From positions 34,224,001 through 34,288,000 of the forward strand of contig NC_043002.1 in NCBI RefSeq assembly GCF_006345805.1: a stretch of 64,000 nt of DNA, in the 5' to 3' direction. Shown one piece after another: positions 1 to 12,929 of this stretch. Below the pieces are notes generated by a model. The model saw only the letters and a list, made by a program, of their open reading frames with translations, searched no databases and had not been told where the DNA came from. The first letter of the stretch is position 1, and every line of letters starts with the position of its first letter. Source of the stretch: Octopus sinensis. Lineage: Eukaryota. The position numbers and the translations under genes were made by a program.

Positions 1-2
1 TA

Positions 3-275
3 TATATATTAGAAGAAATGAGGTACTCAAAAATCCGGATGGTTTTATATTTACAGATATTTATTAGTATGTTACATGTGTTTATACATCATTTATCATA
101 TATCATATATCAGCGCTTTCGTCCATTATAGTGGAGTCTTGAAGACTCCAATAGAATGGACGAAAGCGCTTATATGATATATGATAAATGATGTATAAAA
201 ACATGTAACATACTAATAAATATCTGTAAATAAAAACATCCGGATTTCTGAGTACCTCATTTCTTCTAATATATA
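3..275. repeat. ~270-bp near-perfect palindrome (fold-back element)
   Basis: Arm 3-140 is the reverse complement of 142-275 with few mismatches; pivot GGAGTCTT-G-AAGACTCC at 141. Confidence 0.92.
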
Positions 276-304
276 ATACCTGTACATCATCTCCAAACCT
301 ACTA

Positions 305-372
<68 letters not shown>

Positions 373-490
373 ATATATATATATATATATTACAATTATA
401 GAATATTTTGTATAATTCACCTAAAAAGGTTTTTTAACTTGGTAAAATTAATAATTATTAATTAATTAATTTAACCCATATTATTATTAA

Positions 491-533
<43 letters not shown>

Positions 534-534
<1 letters not shown>

Positions 535-730
535 CTGTGTTTGTGCCTCCACCATCGCTTGACAACCGATGCTGGCGTGTTTACGTCCCCGTAACTTAGC
601 GGTTTGGCGAAAGAAACGGATAGAATAAGTACTAGGCTTACAAAGAATAAGTCCTGGGGTCGATTTGCTTGACTAAAAGGCGGTGCTCCAGCATGGCCAC
701 AGTCAAATGACTGAAACAAGTAAAAGAGTT
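534..730 (+). mobile_element. SINE family A, 3' half
   Basis: Matches the GTCTGTGTTTGT...CGCTTGACAACCGATGCTGG...GGCGGTGCTCCAGCATGGCC...AAATGACTGAAACAAGTAAAAGAG body repeated many times in the window. Confidence 0.85.
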
Positions 731-1269
731 ATATATATATATATATATATATATATCATATAGCAGTACGGTTGTCTGTATAGACACTTAATTGCAGTAC
801 AATTGCCTCTGTATACACACTCCTCTTCCTTCTCTCCCCTTTCCTGTCTTCTCTCCCTCCTTCTCCCTTTCCGTTTCATTTCTATATCCCTCTTTCATTA
901 TTCCCTCCTCCCCCCCCCCACTCTCTGTCTGGATGTCAATACCGTCGTACCTAACAATTGCTAGTTACTCCACTCAAAATCAGTTGCCAGTTTTATGTCT
1001 CTTTTCTACCCATCTCCATCAAATCTTAGCTCATCTCTCTCGGTTATCATTAAATCCAGCCAAATCTTGGCGCTTGCACTCATCTCACATCAACGTCGAG
1101 AGTACAGAGGTCAGTGTGTCTGTCATCTTGGACAGTCATTCTGCATCAGTCTTGAGACCTATGTCTGCGTGACCAACTGATTTCTGAATTTATCTCTTTT
1201 TCTCTTTACCTCAAAACCCAGCCGTTATCTCTCCATCACTGACCTTTTAGCTCCTTCAGCTTATCAACA

Positions 1270-1880
1270 ATAATGGTTTCAAATTTGGTACAATTTGGCC
1301 AGCAATTTCCGGAATGGGATAAGTCGATTACATTCGATACCAGTTCTCGACTGGAGATTATTTTATCGACTCCCAAAAGGATGAAAGCCAATGTCGACCC
1401 CGGCGGTATTTGAACCCAGAACGTAATGACGGAAAAAAATGTCACAAAGCACTTTGCCCAACGTGCTAACGATTCTGTCAGATCTCCGCCTTCATCTAAA
1501 TGCTAATATTGATTTCAAATTTTGGGGGACAAGGACAGCAATATCGGGGGTGAGGATAAGTCGATTACATCGACACCAGTTCTCAACTGGTAATTATTTT
1601 ACCGACCCCGAAAGGATGAAAGGCAAAGTCGACTCCGAAAGGGTGAACGGCAAAGTTGACCTCGGCGGTATTTGAACTCTTGAATCCTTTGAATCTTTGC
1701 TGGCAAAAGGACAGCAACATCGAACCCAGTGTTCAACTGGTAATTATTTTACCGAGCCCGGAAGAATGAAAGGGCAAAGTTGACCTCGGCGGAATTTAAA
1801 CTCAGAACGTAAAGACAGCGAAATACCCTTCAGCATTTTGCCCGGTTTTGCGAACGATTCTTCCAGCTCGCCGTCTTAAT
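1270..1880 (-). mobile_element. Cluster of three SINE family B fragments
   Basis: Repeated reverse complement of the core GTCGACTTTGCCTTTCATCCTTTCGGGGTCGATAAAATAAGTACCAGT...CTGGGGTCGAT seen in other copies. Confidence 0.8.
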
Positions 1881-2561
1881 GTTATCATTAATATTATCAA
1901 CATGTTGCTGGCCTTGTGCCAAAAACTTGAAACCAATACTATCAACATACCTCCATTGTCTAAATACACAACAATGTCTCCGCCATGAAATAACTTACAC
2001 ATGAAATCAGCGAAATAGTTGGAGCCAATTTAAGACTTATTATCTCAAGAATTAAATATCCACTGATCTATTTATTCAATACTACTGAACCACTGCTCTC
2101 CATTCTTTTCTCACAGTACAACCCTCAAGTAGGTCACTTACATCTATGTAATAAAGCTCAACGTCTGTGTGTCTGCACATCTATAGGACGAAAGGAAATA
2201 GAAGATACATGAAAACATAGTATGTGTTCTCATGTAAAATTTTACGAGAAAAACCATGAGCTACATGAAATTTACTTTCCATTGGATTAGGGGGCTTAAA
2301 GTGGGTGAGGCAAACACACCCTGTGAAATTTCACATACCTCCCATTTCAATGAAAATAACAACATAACTATTAAGTACTAAATAAGGACGATTTCCAAAA
2401 TTTCACCATCTCAGAATATTATTTAACCCCAATAACGGGGTTTATAACACGAGACAGCCTTTTTGAGAGTGCAAATACATCCACTTTTCATTGAAGATAC
2501 CTAAAATTTAAGTATGTGTTCTTGGAATTATGTGTACCACAAAACTTCAACAATGCGTATC

Positions 2562-2630
<69 letters not shown>

Positions 2631-2647
2631 ATGTGTGTATATGTTGT

Positions 2648-2812
2648 GCGTCTGTGTTTGTCCCCCAGCATCGCTTGATGGTTCGGCAAAAGAGACCCCA
2701 TAGAATAAGTACTAGGCTTCCAAAGAATAAGTCCTAAGGTCGATTTGCTCGACTAAATGCGCTACTCCAGCATGGCCGTGGTCAAATGACTGAAACAAGT
2801 AAGAAAGAAAGA
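2648..2812 (+). mobile_element. SINE family A, 3' half with internal deletion
   Basis: Same body as 534-730. Confidence 0.8.
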
Positions 2813-3082
2813 GAATTTCTTGCTGTGTTTCCGTTAACTATCCAATTTTTCTTTCTTTCAGTGAAGGGTGGGGGAGGGGTTGGTTAATTACGAAAACCTG
2901 ACGATGCTTTCAGATTATCTTAATCGCGATTGGTCACAATTGCCGCTGCCAGGTGTTAATTTATCTTGTCTTAAAGCGAAGATAAGATTTAATATAAATC
3001 TCTTCGACATTTTTTTTTTTTTGCCTTAATTCACGCCACTGGTCACTGAATTATTTCTCTTAAAGGATATACTTGTGTATTT

Positions 3083-3129
<47 letters not shown>

Positions 3130-3453
3130 CGCGCGTGTTTGTGTGTGCGAGGGGGTGTGATTTCTTGCCACACTGATTCTAACCTCCAACATATTACAGT
3201 TCTGCCTCTCTTCAATACTTGCTCTGTCTCTATAAGAATCCTGTCTCTCACCATTCCCATTCTGCCGACAACCAGACCGTTCCAGGCGGTTCCACTCTAC
3301 CGATTACTAACATTTCTAGCACCGTGCTCAGGCCGTTTTAACATGTTTCACATGTTTAACTAGTGTGACCGGAGCTTCGGGCGCAAGTACACACACAGAT
3401 ACGCATGCATACATACATACATACATACATACATACATACATACATACATACA

Positions 3454-3503
<50 letters not shown>

Positions 3504-3602
3504 CATTGTTATTGATGTTGAAATCCCAATGGAGGGACCTTGAATCCAGGTTAGAAACCGGCGCTTTCTCAATTGGCAAGAAATTTTGAAATAAAACTGA
3601 AC

Positions 3603-3995
3603 AGACGCAGGAGTGACTATGTGGTAAGTAGCTTGCTTACCAACCACATGGTTCCGGGTTCAGTTCCGCTGCGTGGAACTTTGGGCAAGTGTCTTCTACT
3701 ATAGCCTCGGGCCGACCAAAGCCTTCTGAGTGAATTTGGTAGACGCAAACAGAAAGAAGCCAGTCGTATATATGTATATATGTATGTATATGTTTTTGTG
3801 TCTGTGTTTGTCCTCCCAACATCGCTTGACAACCGATGCTGATGTGTTTACGTCCCCGTAACTTAGCAGTTCGGCAAGAGAGACCGATAGAATAAGTACT
3901 AGGCCTACAAATAATAAGTCCTGGGGTCGATTTGCTCAACTAAAGACGGTGCTCCAGCATGGCCGCAGTCAATTGACTGAAACAAATAAAAGAAT
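3603..3995 (+). mobile_element. SINE family A, full length (tRNA-like head, (TA/TG)n core, 3' body)
   Basis: Head GCAGGAGTG..TGTGGTAAG...GGTTCCGGGTTCAGTTCC with A/B-box-like motifs, microsatellite core, conserved 3' body. Confidence 0.88.
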
Positions 3996-4024
3996 AATGA
4001 CACACATACATACAACAGAAGTCT

Positions 4025-5064
4025 ATGCATGAATACGTTAGTTGAAAGCTCCGAGATGATAGTAACATCGATCATTAAAGCAGTTTATCATGGACCAATA
4101 GCCGGATTACTACCTCTCACTTTGAAGGGTATGCGTTTGCAATCCATGAACTGGAAATATCAACGAAGTACTTGATGCACAAAAGAGATAGAGATGCAGG
4201 AAAAGCAGTAAAATGTGACAACCGATGCAGACTTTGTGGAGTTCACACCGAAAATATCACCCACATTATAAGCAGTTGCCCGAAAATGTCATCACGGTAT
4301 TATCTACTGATGAGACATGATGTTGTAACTAGGACACTCATAATGAAATCCGTCGGGAGGATAACCCAGAGGACAAAGAAATAAGAACCAACAATATGGT
4401 AGAAACCATAGACACTCATAATAAAAAGGAACACTGGAGGAATGTCTTAGTGAAGATCTCAATAAAATGTAAGCATAACAGAGCTGATTTGGGATGGAGG
4501 AGAGAAGCTGTGTAGAGTTGTGGAAATTAGTTACCAAGTAGATGTTAACATAAAGGTGAAGATCAGTGAAAAAGAGAACACCTACGCTGAATTATTGAGA
4601 AATCTGCAGCTACTTTATACAGGTTACAAGTTCAGATTTATACAAGTTCCGACCTTAGACAGCTGAGCATGTCCCTTGGTGGCTGACGATATGTGCATCT
4701 CTGATCACAAGCAGAAGTAGTTGGGGAGCATCATAGCCATATGTGTTGAGAGGAATTCTTTGGGGTTTGAATAATTCACCTCTCGAAATTTTGGTGCTTT
4801 GTTGAACATCCATAAGCAACCCTTAATCAGGGACCTTTCGAGCGAGATGGGCTACTTAACCTGAAGAAAATTCTAACTTGGCCTCACCTGCAAGGTCATT
4901 CGCTTTTTATCTTGATATGAGATCACCATGTCGTGTACATATGGGTGTGATGCATGAGCCTAGTGTATCCCTATCAGAAGGGTATACCGAGCTCCATATA
5001 TACTACCCGAGTGTCACTTTGATGGCATGCACTGCTCTCTCACTCAATAATAATAATAATAATA

Positions 5065-5102
<38 letters not shown>

Positions 5103-5125
5103 GTAATAATAATAATGATAATAAT
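4025..5125 (+). mobile_element. 3' fragment of an RLE-type non-LTR retrotransposon (R4/Dong-like) with probable 3' UTR and (AAT)n tail
   Basis: HFEGYAFAIHELEISTKYL followed by the CCHC knuckle CRLCGVHTENITHIISSC..RYYLLMRHD, frameshifted downstream; ends in (AAT)n at about 5047-5125. Assigning 4640-5045 as 3' UTR is inference. Confidence 0.75.
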
Positions 5126-5180
5126 ATAAACCAAAAGGCAGCCAGTGCGTTACGAATTGTTTTAAACCTGAAGTATCAAT

Positions 5181-5219
<39 letters not shown>

Positions 5220-5260
5220 CACAGACGCACACACAAACACACATATGTATATGTATATGC

Positions 5261-5301
<41 letters not shown>

Positions 5302-5436
5302 TACGCAGTTGTTGCTGTGTGGAAAGAATCACATGGTTCCGGGTGGCAAGTGTTTTCTACTATAGCCTCGGGCATTATCAATGGATTTGGTAAGCGGAAA
5401 TTGAAAGAAGCCCATCGTGTGTGTGTGTGTGTGTGT

Positions 5437-5467
<31 letters not shown>

Positions 5468-5652
5468 GTGCGTGTGTGTGGTGTGTGCGTGTGTGCGTGT
5501 GTGTGTGTGTGTGCGTGTGTGTGTATGTGTGTTGTATTTGTGTTTATCAGCCCCATCACCGCTTGATGACCAGTATTGGTGTCATTACGTCGCTGTAATT
5601 TAGAGTCCGATAGGATGACACGCAAATTCGTGAAGCGTTCCCTATTTTTAAT

Positions 5653-6235
5653 AGGCGCAGAAGTGTCTGTGTGGTAAGTAGCTTGCTTACGAGCCATCTG
5701 GTTCCGGGTTCAGTCCCACTGCGTGGCATCTTGGACAAATGTCTTCTACTATAGCCTCGAGCCGACCAAAGCCTTGTGAGTGGATCCAGTAGACGGAAAC
5801 TGAAAGAAGCCCGTCGTATATATGTACATATATATATGTATATGTGTGTGTGTGTATGTGTGTTTGCGTGTCTGTGTGTATGTGTGTGCGTATGTGTGTG
5901 TGTGTGTGTTTGTGTTTGTGTGTGTGTGTCTGTGTTTGTCCCCCTAGCATTGCTTGACAACCGGTGCTGGTGTGTTTACGTCCCCGTTACTTAGCGATTT
6001 GGCAAAAGTGACCGATAGAATAAGTACTGGGCTTACAAATGAATAAGTCCCGGGGTCGATTTGCTCGACTAAAGGCGGTGCTCCAGCATGGCCGCAGTCA
6101 AATGACTGAAACATGTAAAGAGTATCAGTTCCGGGTTTAAAAATTATGTGCTGGAGCCGATTGTTCGACTAAAACCCTTAAAGGTGGTGCACCCACGTGG
6201 CCACAGTTAAATTACTGAAACAGGTAAAAGAATAA
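5653..6235 (+). mobile_element. SINE family A, full length, plus a second 3'-tail fragment
   Basis: Head at about 5653, (TG)n core, tail to about 6122, then another GGTGGTGC..GGCCACAGTTAAATTACTGAAACAGG tail. Confidence 0.85.
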
Positions 6236-6567
6236 TATATATAAATATATGTGTGTGTGTGTCTGTGTGTGTGTGTATAAATACATTCATTTATGTATGT
6301 GTTTATGTATTTATGTATATTTGCATCTACATAATGTGTACGATAACCAGATGGCGATTTTAATTTAATGCTGTTTCAATTGTGCACACCGAAGTGTGTG
6401 TATGTATGTGAACATATATTGACTTCAGTATTAGAAATGATCAAATTAGTCATTAATTTATACTAATTACTGTATAGGTAATTTAAAATGTTTGTTTAGC
6501 ATCAGATTAATACTTCAATTAATATCATTGAACGTTATTCTAACAATTAATCATTATGTTGTCGTAA

Positions 6568-6615
<48 letters not shown>

Positions 6616-6785
6616 AAAATTTATAAATAAGGGTACAAAATTATACCAGCATTGCTAGAAACAAGAGTCAAAGACGACTCAATTACAAAAAGTACTTATC
6701 TTAATAAGTTGACGAAGAGAGAGAGAGAGAGAGCAAAAAAGCTACGTACCTTAGTGAGACAGACTCAAAAGTTAAGTAGGATATA

Positions 6786-6842
6786 TCAATATCACGTAAT
6801 TTCGAATTCTGATGCGATGCGTCTCAGATCACGTCAGTGGAT
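6786..6842 (-). ncRNA. Degenerate type I hammerhead ribozyme (homolog of 7121-7176)
   Basis: Minus strand reads ATCCA-CTGACGT-GATCT...AATTC-GAAA-TTACGTGAT-A-TTGAT; core A9 substituted and stems weakened. Confidence 0.55.
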
Positions 6843-7120
6843 CTTACTGCGCCTAGGGTTAAATATAATTCGCATCGTCAAGTCAAAGAAAAAACCGTTG
6901 AATGTGTACGTTATTTCAAAATGGTGGAAGTGTATTCAATAAATAATATAGGTGGCCCATTAGCAATTAAAACCTACAGGAAAATTTATTAACAAGGGAA
7001 CAAAACACTACCAGCATTGCTAGAAGCAACAATAAAAAACGACTCAATTAGCCACAAAAAGCACTTATCTTTTCTTTGAGTTGACCAACCGAGTTAAGCT
7101 TAACCCGAGCCGCAGTAAAT

Positions 7121-7176
7121 TCCACTGACGAGAACTGAGATGCACCGCATTAGAGTTCGAAATCACGTGATATGGA
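7121..7176 (+). ncRNA. Minimal type I hammerhead ribozyme (Penelope-associated type)
   Basis: TCCA / CTGACGA / GAACT..AGTTC (stem II) / GAA / ATCACGTGAT (palindromic stem III) / A7172 (predicted cleavage after AUA) / TGGA (stem I). Core complete. Confidence 0.8.
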
Positions 7177-7379
7177 TATATCTGCTTCTTCATTTCTCAG
7201 CTTATCTCACTATGGTACGTAGTGTTCTCGCACCCCCGCTTTCGTCAACTTATTAAGATATAAGTGCTTTTTGTGGCTAATCGAGTTGCTTTTCTCACCT
7301 ACATTATACATACATACATACATACATACATACATACATACATACATACATACATACATACATACATACATACGTACAT

Positions 7380-7588
7380 AGGGCAGAATCGTTAGCACGC
7401 CGGGCGAAATGCTTAGCGCTATTTCGTCTGAGTTCAAATTCCACCGAGGTCGACTTTGCCGTTCAGCCTTTCGGGGTCGATTAAATAAGTACCAGTTACG
7501 CACTGGGGTCGATGTAATCCACTTAATCCCTTTGTCTGTCCTTGTTTGTCCCCTCTATGTTTAGCCCCCTGTGGGCAATAAAGATACA
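7380..7588 (+). mobile_element. SINE family B
   Basis: GGCAGAATCGTTAGCACGCCGGGCGAAATGCTTAGC head plus the core. Confidence 0.85.
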
Positions 7589-7640
7589 TATATATATATA
7601 TATCATCATCATCATCACTATAGTTAAATGCACACACGCA

Positions 7641-7700
<60 letters not shown>

Positions 7701-7943
7701 TTTGCGCATGTGAAAATGTGTATATGCATGTACTTATATATAACCATGCGTATATTTCGTATATATATATAATTAGTTTGTGTGTGTGTGTTAAGTGCGT
7801 GTTTGTGTATATGTATTCATTCATGTACATTGTGTGTATTATTTGACCCTATTCAGACTATTGTTACAAGAACTTAGTGTTAACATTTACTGTATAATCT
7901 AATAAGCATGAATTACATTATATTCATTACCTAAGCAGAATTA

Positions 7944-9179
7944 CGAGGGGCGTTCAATAAGTAATGCCCCTGACCCACTTCTCATAGCAGTAGAGCAACG
8001 ACACTTGGCACAGTTATTAGTCTTTTCCTACATAGGAACTACCCAGAGTTATGCATTTCTCCCATCGTTTGATACAGCTCTGGAGACCGTTTTTGTAGAA
8101 GACCCCAGCTTGGTCCTCCAACCACGACTTGACTTCAGAAATCAAGGCTGTATCATCTGGGAAACGCTTTCCTTTCAAAAACAACTTCATGGCTGGGAAG
8201 AGGTGAAAATCAGAGGGTGCAAGGGGAGGAGTTCATAGCTGCACGCCTGTGCTTCTGATCTGGCGACACGCGAGTTGTGGACCGGAGCGTTGTCCTGCAG
8301 GAGGAGGATGCCTTTGCTGATCTTGCCCCGCCTCTTGATTTTGATAGCTTCTCTTAATTTCCTCAAAAGTGAAGCATAATAGGCTCCTGTAATTGTGGTA
8401 CCCTTTGCCAGGAAATCTGTCATCACTACTCCGTCCTGGTCCCAGAAAAATGTGAGCATAACCTTGTCAGCGGAGGGTTGCACCCTTGCCTTCTTTGGAG
8501 GAGGTGAGTCACGGTGCTTTCACTGCATTGACTGGGCTTTGGTCTATGGATCATAGTGATGGACCCAGGTTTTATCCTGTGTGATCAGTCTTTTGAAAAA
8601 TTTTGACTCATCTCCAAATTCATCCTCGAGCACTCAACGCGTTCTTGCTTCTGGAAAGGTGTGAGCAACCTGGAAATCCATCTGGCAGACACCTTTTGCA
8701 TATGCAAATGGTCATGAATGATAGTTTCCACAGACCCGGTACTAATCTTGACCTTATGGGCTATTTGGCGAATAGTTATGCGTTGACCTTCCAAAATGGC
8801 AGCCTCAACTTGACGGACAGACGTCTCATCAACGGCAGAAGGGGGCGACCAGATCTGGGAGCTGTTTCCACAGAGTTCCGACTATGTTTGAATTCACAAT
8901 GCCAGCGTTTTACAAGGTCATATGATGGGGCATCATCACCATAAGTTACTTTCATTTCATCAAAAGTCTCCCGTGGTGTGCGTCCTTTCAAATACAAAAA
9001 CCAGATCACTGCTCGACACTCAACAGGCTCCATTTCACACTTGACTCAGTTCAAACACCTGTAAATCAGAAACCACAATTAGTTCAGAGCTGTAATTCGC
9101 CACTTAATCTATAGAGGTATAAATAAGTGCACATGCAACTGCAAGTGGGTCAGGGGCATTACTTATTGAACGACCCTCG
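7944..9179 (-). mobile_element. Full-length mariner (Tc1/mariner, DD34D-type) transposon with disrupted transposase
   Basis: ~37-bp TIRs (CGAGGGGCGTTCAATAAGTAATGCCCCTGACCCACTT and inverse), TA on both flanks. Minus-strand pieces MEPVECRAVIWFLYLKG..APRSGRP, KVSARW.SRLLT, ITQDKTWVHHYDP, DNAPVH, DLAPSDFHLF; several frameshifts and stops. Confidence 0.95.
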
Positions 9180-9419
9180 TATTTATGTGATAAAGCAATG
9201 GCTAATGTTATTTTAATCACTTCAGCAAGTACAGGAGACAGTTTTGGCCATGTTTCGGTACTGTTTGACATTCTCGGCGGAGCACAAATTTTACCTTAGT
9301 TCCCGAATTATTGAGACAAACTCTGGTAAATATTGTTAAACACTACTAAATATCTCTTAAATAACTTCTCTGTCAATTATCAGTTCCGATCCTACACACA
9401 CACACACAATCAACTTTTC

Positions 9420-10060
9420 TCGCCAAAGCCGTTAATCTATATTTGTAAATAAATTTTGCATTTTCACTTTGAATACGGCTGTTTTGGCGTTATCCTTCTT
9501 CAAGTCCACAATCGATTTGTTGAAGAGACGGAGCTGCCCAAAAATAAAAGCCATAAATACATTCCTCCAAAATCCTTTCCAAACAATTATGTTTTCACTT
9601 CTGGGCAGTGCTCTTGGGCACAAAAGTGGGATGTCAAGCCAGCAACAATGTAAGTAATATTCTTTCAGCTGCGTTGCATGCAAATATTGTGAAAATATTT
9701 CAAAATATTTCACAATTTTCACAATAATTTACTATAAGATTTGGCAATACCTCAACAACTGTTGCGAAACATGCACTCCAGCCAATGCCAACGAGATACT
9801 TTCCAGATTTGGTCATTAATTGGTTAAATGGTGTTCTAGATTTTTCATTTTGCATCACCAAAAGCTTATGCTGTTGCTGTTTCTACAAAATCCATCAACC
9901 CATGATCGCCAATAATTAAGTCACTAATCAAGATCTCAGCTGCCTCATTGAACAGGAATGTACTATTAAATAGGGGAAGGTCTCATTTCAACAGATTTTC
10001 GGTTTGAAGCATCCATAGAAATTGTCACAAAACTTGTACAAGTTATATCTTTAGCAAGCC
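9420..10060 (-). pseudogene. Highly degenerate DNA-transposase remnant, hAT-like
   Basis: Minus-strand frames give FVTISMDASNRKSVE, YLVGIG and QLRLFNKSIVDLKKDN, resembling hAT catalytic regions; many stops. Recognition is by memory only. Confidence 0.4.
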
Positions 10061-10189
10061 ATTAGTATACTTACATTTAAAATTACAGTTTCATACTTTG
10101 TCTGCTAGGACATATAAATTTATATAAATATATATATAGATATATAAATTTATGAATTTATAAATTTATAGTTTAATGGTACACTCACA

Positions 10190-11160
10190 TCTGCTGGGTA
10201 GCAGTGCATGACTTCTGGTCCCTGTCTCACAAAACGAATATCAAGTCTGTTGTGTTTGCATTGGATTGCTGTTTTTATTGGAGTATTCCACCAGTATCGT
10301 TTTTAAAAGTGTGGATACATTCTGGTTCTGACAAGCTTTTGAAATATCCGTTAGGACAGTACTTCCTGCGGATAGCATTGTAAATAGTTTGAAAAACTAT
10401 ATCATGTCTAAAGGGCAGGTAGCATCTCGTAGACTTTTTGAAGCAGTTGCTGATGATGTGGGTGATGTCGTCCATTCTGATATAGCATAACTGACAGTTT
10501 CTATCAAAACGTAGAAGTTTGGCGATATCTTTGTCTCTCTTGTTTAGCAGGTATTTAGTAGATGATAAACGATAGCGAAGACATCCTTCTAGATAGGATA
10601 TAATACACTTATCACAGGTCCTGGAGAGGCTATTCTCTCTACCGATGCGGTTGTTATCCCCTAGCTCACAGGGTATGTACCCATGCATTCCTTTTTGTTT
10701 TTGTGGTATGATAGATTTTTCTCCAAGATAGTTTTTGGGTAGGCCAGCCCAGTCTCCTTCCGGTCAAATGAAGCAGTTGTACTCCCGAAGTACTTGCTCA
10801 AGAATTCTTCCCCTACCTTGAAGATGGTGTTGCTCTCACTTTTGAGTATGCATGGTATGTACTCATTTCTTTCTTTACTGTTCAGCAGGTGTTGTTTGAG
10901 CAACACAATGCGACATTCAAAGGCTGTTTGCATTCACTATATGCTTCTATCATCATCTCTTAATCTCACACAGATTCCATTGGTGTTCCTGTTGATGTGA
11001 AGCTGCCAGTGGTGGTCAGTATCTTTATCGTTTTGTTATCAAGACCTCAGATCTCGTCAAGTGTCCAATCTAATATCCCAATTGTCGGTACTAGCACTGG
11101 CACTGTAAAAGTATTGTGAGATATGATCTTCTTAAACGCAGACAGCTCTGAGTTCCATGT
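10190..11160 (-). mobile_element. Degenerate RLE-type LINE fragment, same group as 4025-4640
   Basis: STKYLLNKRDKD...CQLCYIRMDDITHIISNC...RCYLPFRHD, homologous to ORF 4172. Confidence 0.75.
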
Positions 11161-11421
11161 TTTCTGGAGTTTGTAGACGTACTCTTTTCTTATTCTGGTT
11201 TTCTTACAGCACCAACGTATGCAACATTCTCGTCGATTTCGAGATACTTATAGTTTTCATCATTAGAAATAGGGATCATAAACAAGCTATTGCTGCTCAT
11301 TTGACTATCATATATGAACCTTTATCTTGCCCAAACTCCATTCCTATGCCCCGTGAGAATGTTGAGACTAGTTCTAATTGTCTCTTGATGTTATTCGTGT
11401 TACCAGATTATAGCTTTAGGT

Positions 11422-11720
11422 CAGGGGTTCCCAACCTTATTTTGCTTGTGGACCCACCTGAGAACTATCATATCTTATATGAACCTCATATATGCACTTG
11501 TAAATTTTTGAATTAAAATATTTGTTTGTAGGTTAGTAAAAATTAACAATGTAATAATTTCGTTATATTTATAACATAAATTCCAAATACAAATCATGAA
11601 AATTTCAATAAATACAGGTACCTCTCATAGTAAACAAAATTTATATATGGACCTACAAATTACAATTCTTTACTCGTGGATCCTCTTAAAGCTTTTGTGG
11701 AGCCTGGTTGGGAACCTCTG
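11422..11720. mobile_element. hAT-superfamily MITE
   Basis: TIRs CAGGGGTTCCCAACC / GGTTGGGAACCTCTG; perfect 8-bp TSD CTTTAGGT at 11414-11421 and 11721-11728. Confidence 0.92.
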
Positions 11721-11974
11721 CTTTAGGTCATCAACAGAAAATATGTACGTGGTACTAATTTTATTCTTTTTGGATATTCCAGTATGTAGCTTTGACATTT
11801 CGTTAACAGGGCTGACAAAGGATTCACTACCAGTGTACAAGCAATGTTACAGATAAACTAACACCCTGGAATATGTCAGATGCTTCATATCTATGTAAAT
11901 ACATTTAGTCGATTGCTGACATTTATCAATGGCTTCTCCCATTGTTTTGATGTACCATTTTAATCATTGATTAA

Positions 11975-12378
11975 AGGCACAGGCGTGTGTATGCGGCAAG
12001 AAGCTTGCTTCCTAACTACATGATTCCGGGTTTAGTCCGACTGCATGGCATCTTGAGTAAATGTCTTCTACTATAGCCTCGGGCCGACCAAAGCCTTGTG
12101 AGTGGATTTGGTAGACGGAAACTGAAAGGAGCAGGTCGTATATATATGTTTATATCTATGTGTGTGTGTCTTTGTGTCTCTGTTTGTCCCCACCATCACC
12201 ACTTGACAACCAGCGTTGGTGCGTTTACTTAGCCGCTCGACTAAAAAGACCGATAGAATAAGTACAAGACTTTAAGAAAAAATACGTTCTGGGGTTGATT
12301 TGTTCGACTAAAACCCTTAAAAGCAGTGTTCCAGCATGGCTGCAATCAAATGACTGAAACAAGTAAAGGAATAAAAGA
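11975..12378 (+). mobile_element. SINE family A, full length, diverged
   Basis: Head, core and tail as in the other copies. Confidence 0.82.
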
Positions 12379-12929
12379 ACTGTTGGCATTTTTGACGACA
12401 CAGGAACACTAGTATACAATAAACAGCTGACACACGAGTCGCTTTAAATTTCATTCAGTTTTGTAATTTGAATAAACATATAAAGTCGTTGACGACAGGA
12501 ACTGACGAACCGAGAAGAGCATTAAGTAACATATGTGAGTCGATTACTCTTCATTTGTATAGGAGAGATGAGGGAGAAGATTTATATTAATTTGCAGTTA
12601 TGTATGTGTATATGGATACGTATGTGTATGTGTGTATGTATGTTTGTGCATACACACACACGCACACGTATACATACATACATACATACATACATACATA
12701 CATACATACATACATACATACATACATACATACATACATACATACATTCATACATTTATCGATACGCTTATAATCAGATAATAAGGCTGAACGTTGAAAT
12801 TTTCGAGTTATTAAATAAAGCAAAACTTATTAATTTAAAGAGTACTTATATAACTTAGTAAACATTGCTAGGCTTTGGCCATTATTGGTCAAGACCATGT
12901 CTAATTCAATAACATCACCTGGAGTAGTT

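Noticed and set aside
103-420. ORF-track proteins rich in YI/CV/TH/LS repeats, here and throughout the window
   Set aside because: Translations of (AT)n, (GT)n, (CA)n, (ATAC)n and (ATAG)n microsatellites; no splice or domain support.
2120-2500. Helitron-like 5' end (ATCTATGTAATAAAG..GTCTGTGTGTCTG)
   Set aside because: No matching hairpin-CTAG 3' end found.
2861-2951. Strong acceptor and GC-richer island as a possible exon
   Set aside because: All frames from the best acceptor are closed; weak donor.
3603-3680. tRNA-like sequences at SINE heads
   Set aside because: A/B boxes present, but no complete cloverleaf, and they continue into SINE bodies; not tRNA genes.
4305-4360. CTGATGAG...GAAA hammerhead-like motif
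   Set aside because: Stem II does not pair; lies in LINE coding sequence.
4683-4795. CTGACGA...GAAA in the putative LINE 3' UTR
   Set aside because: No consistent stems I-III.
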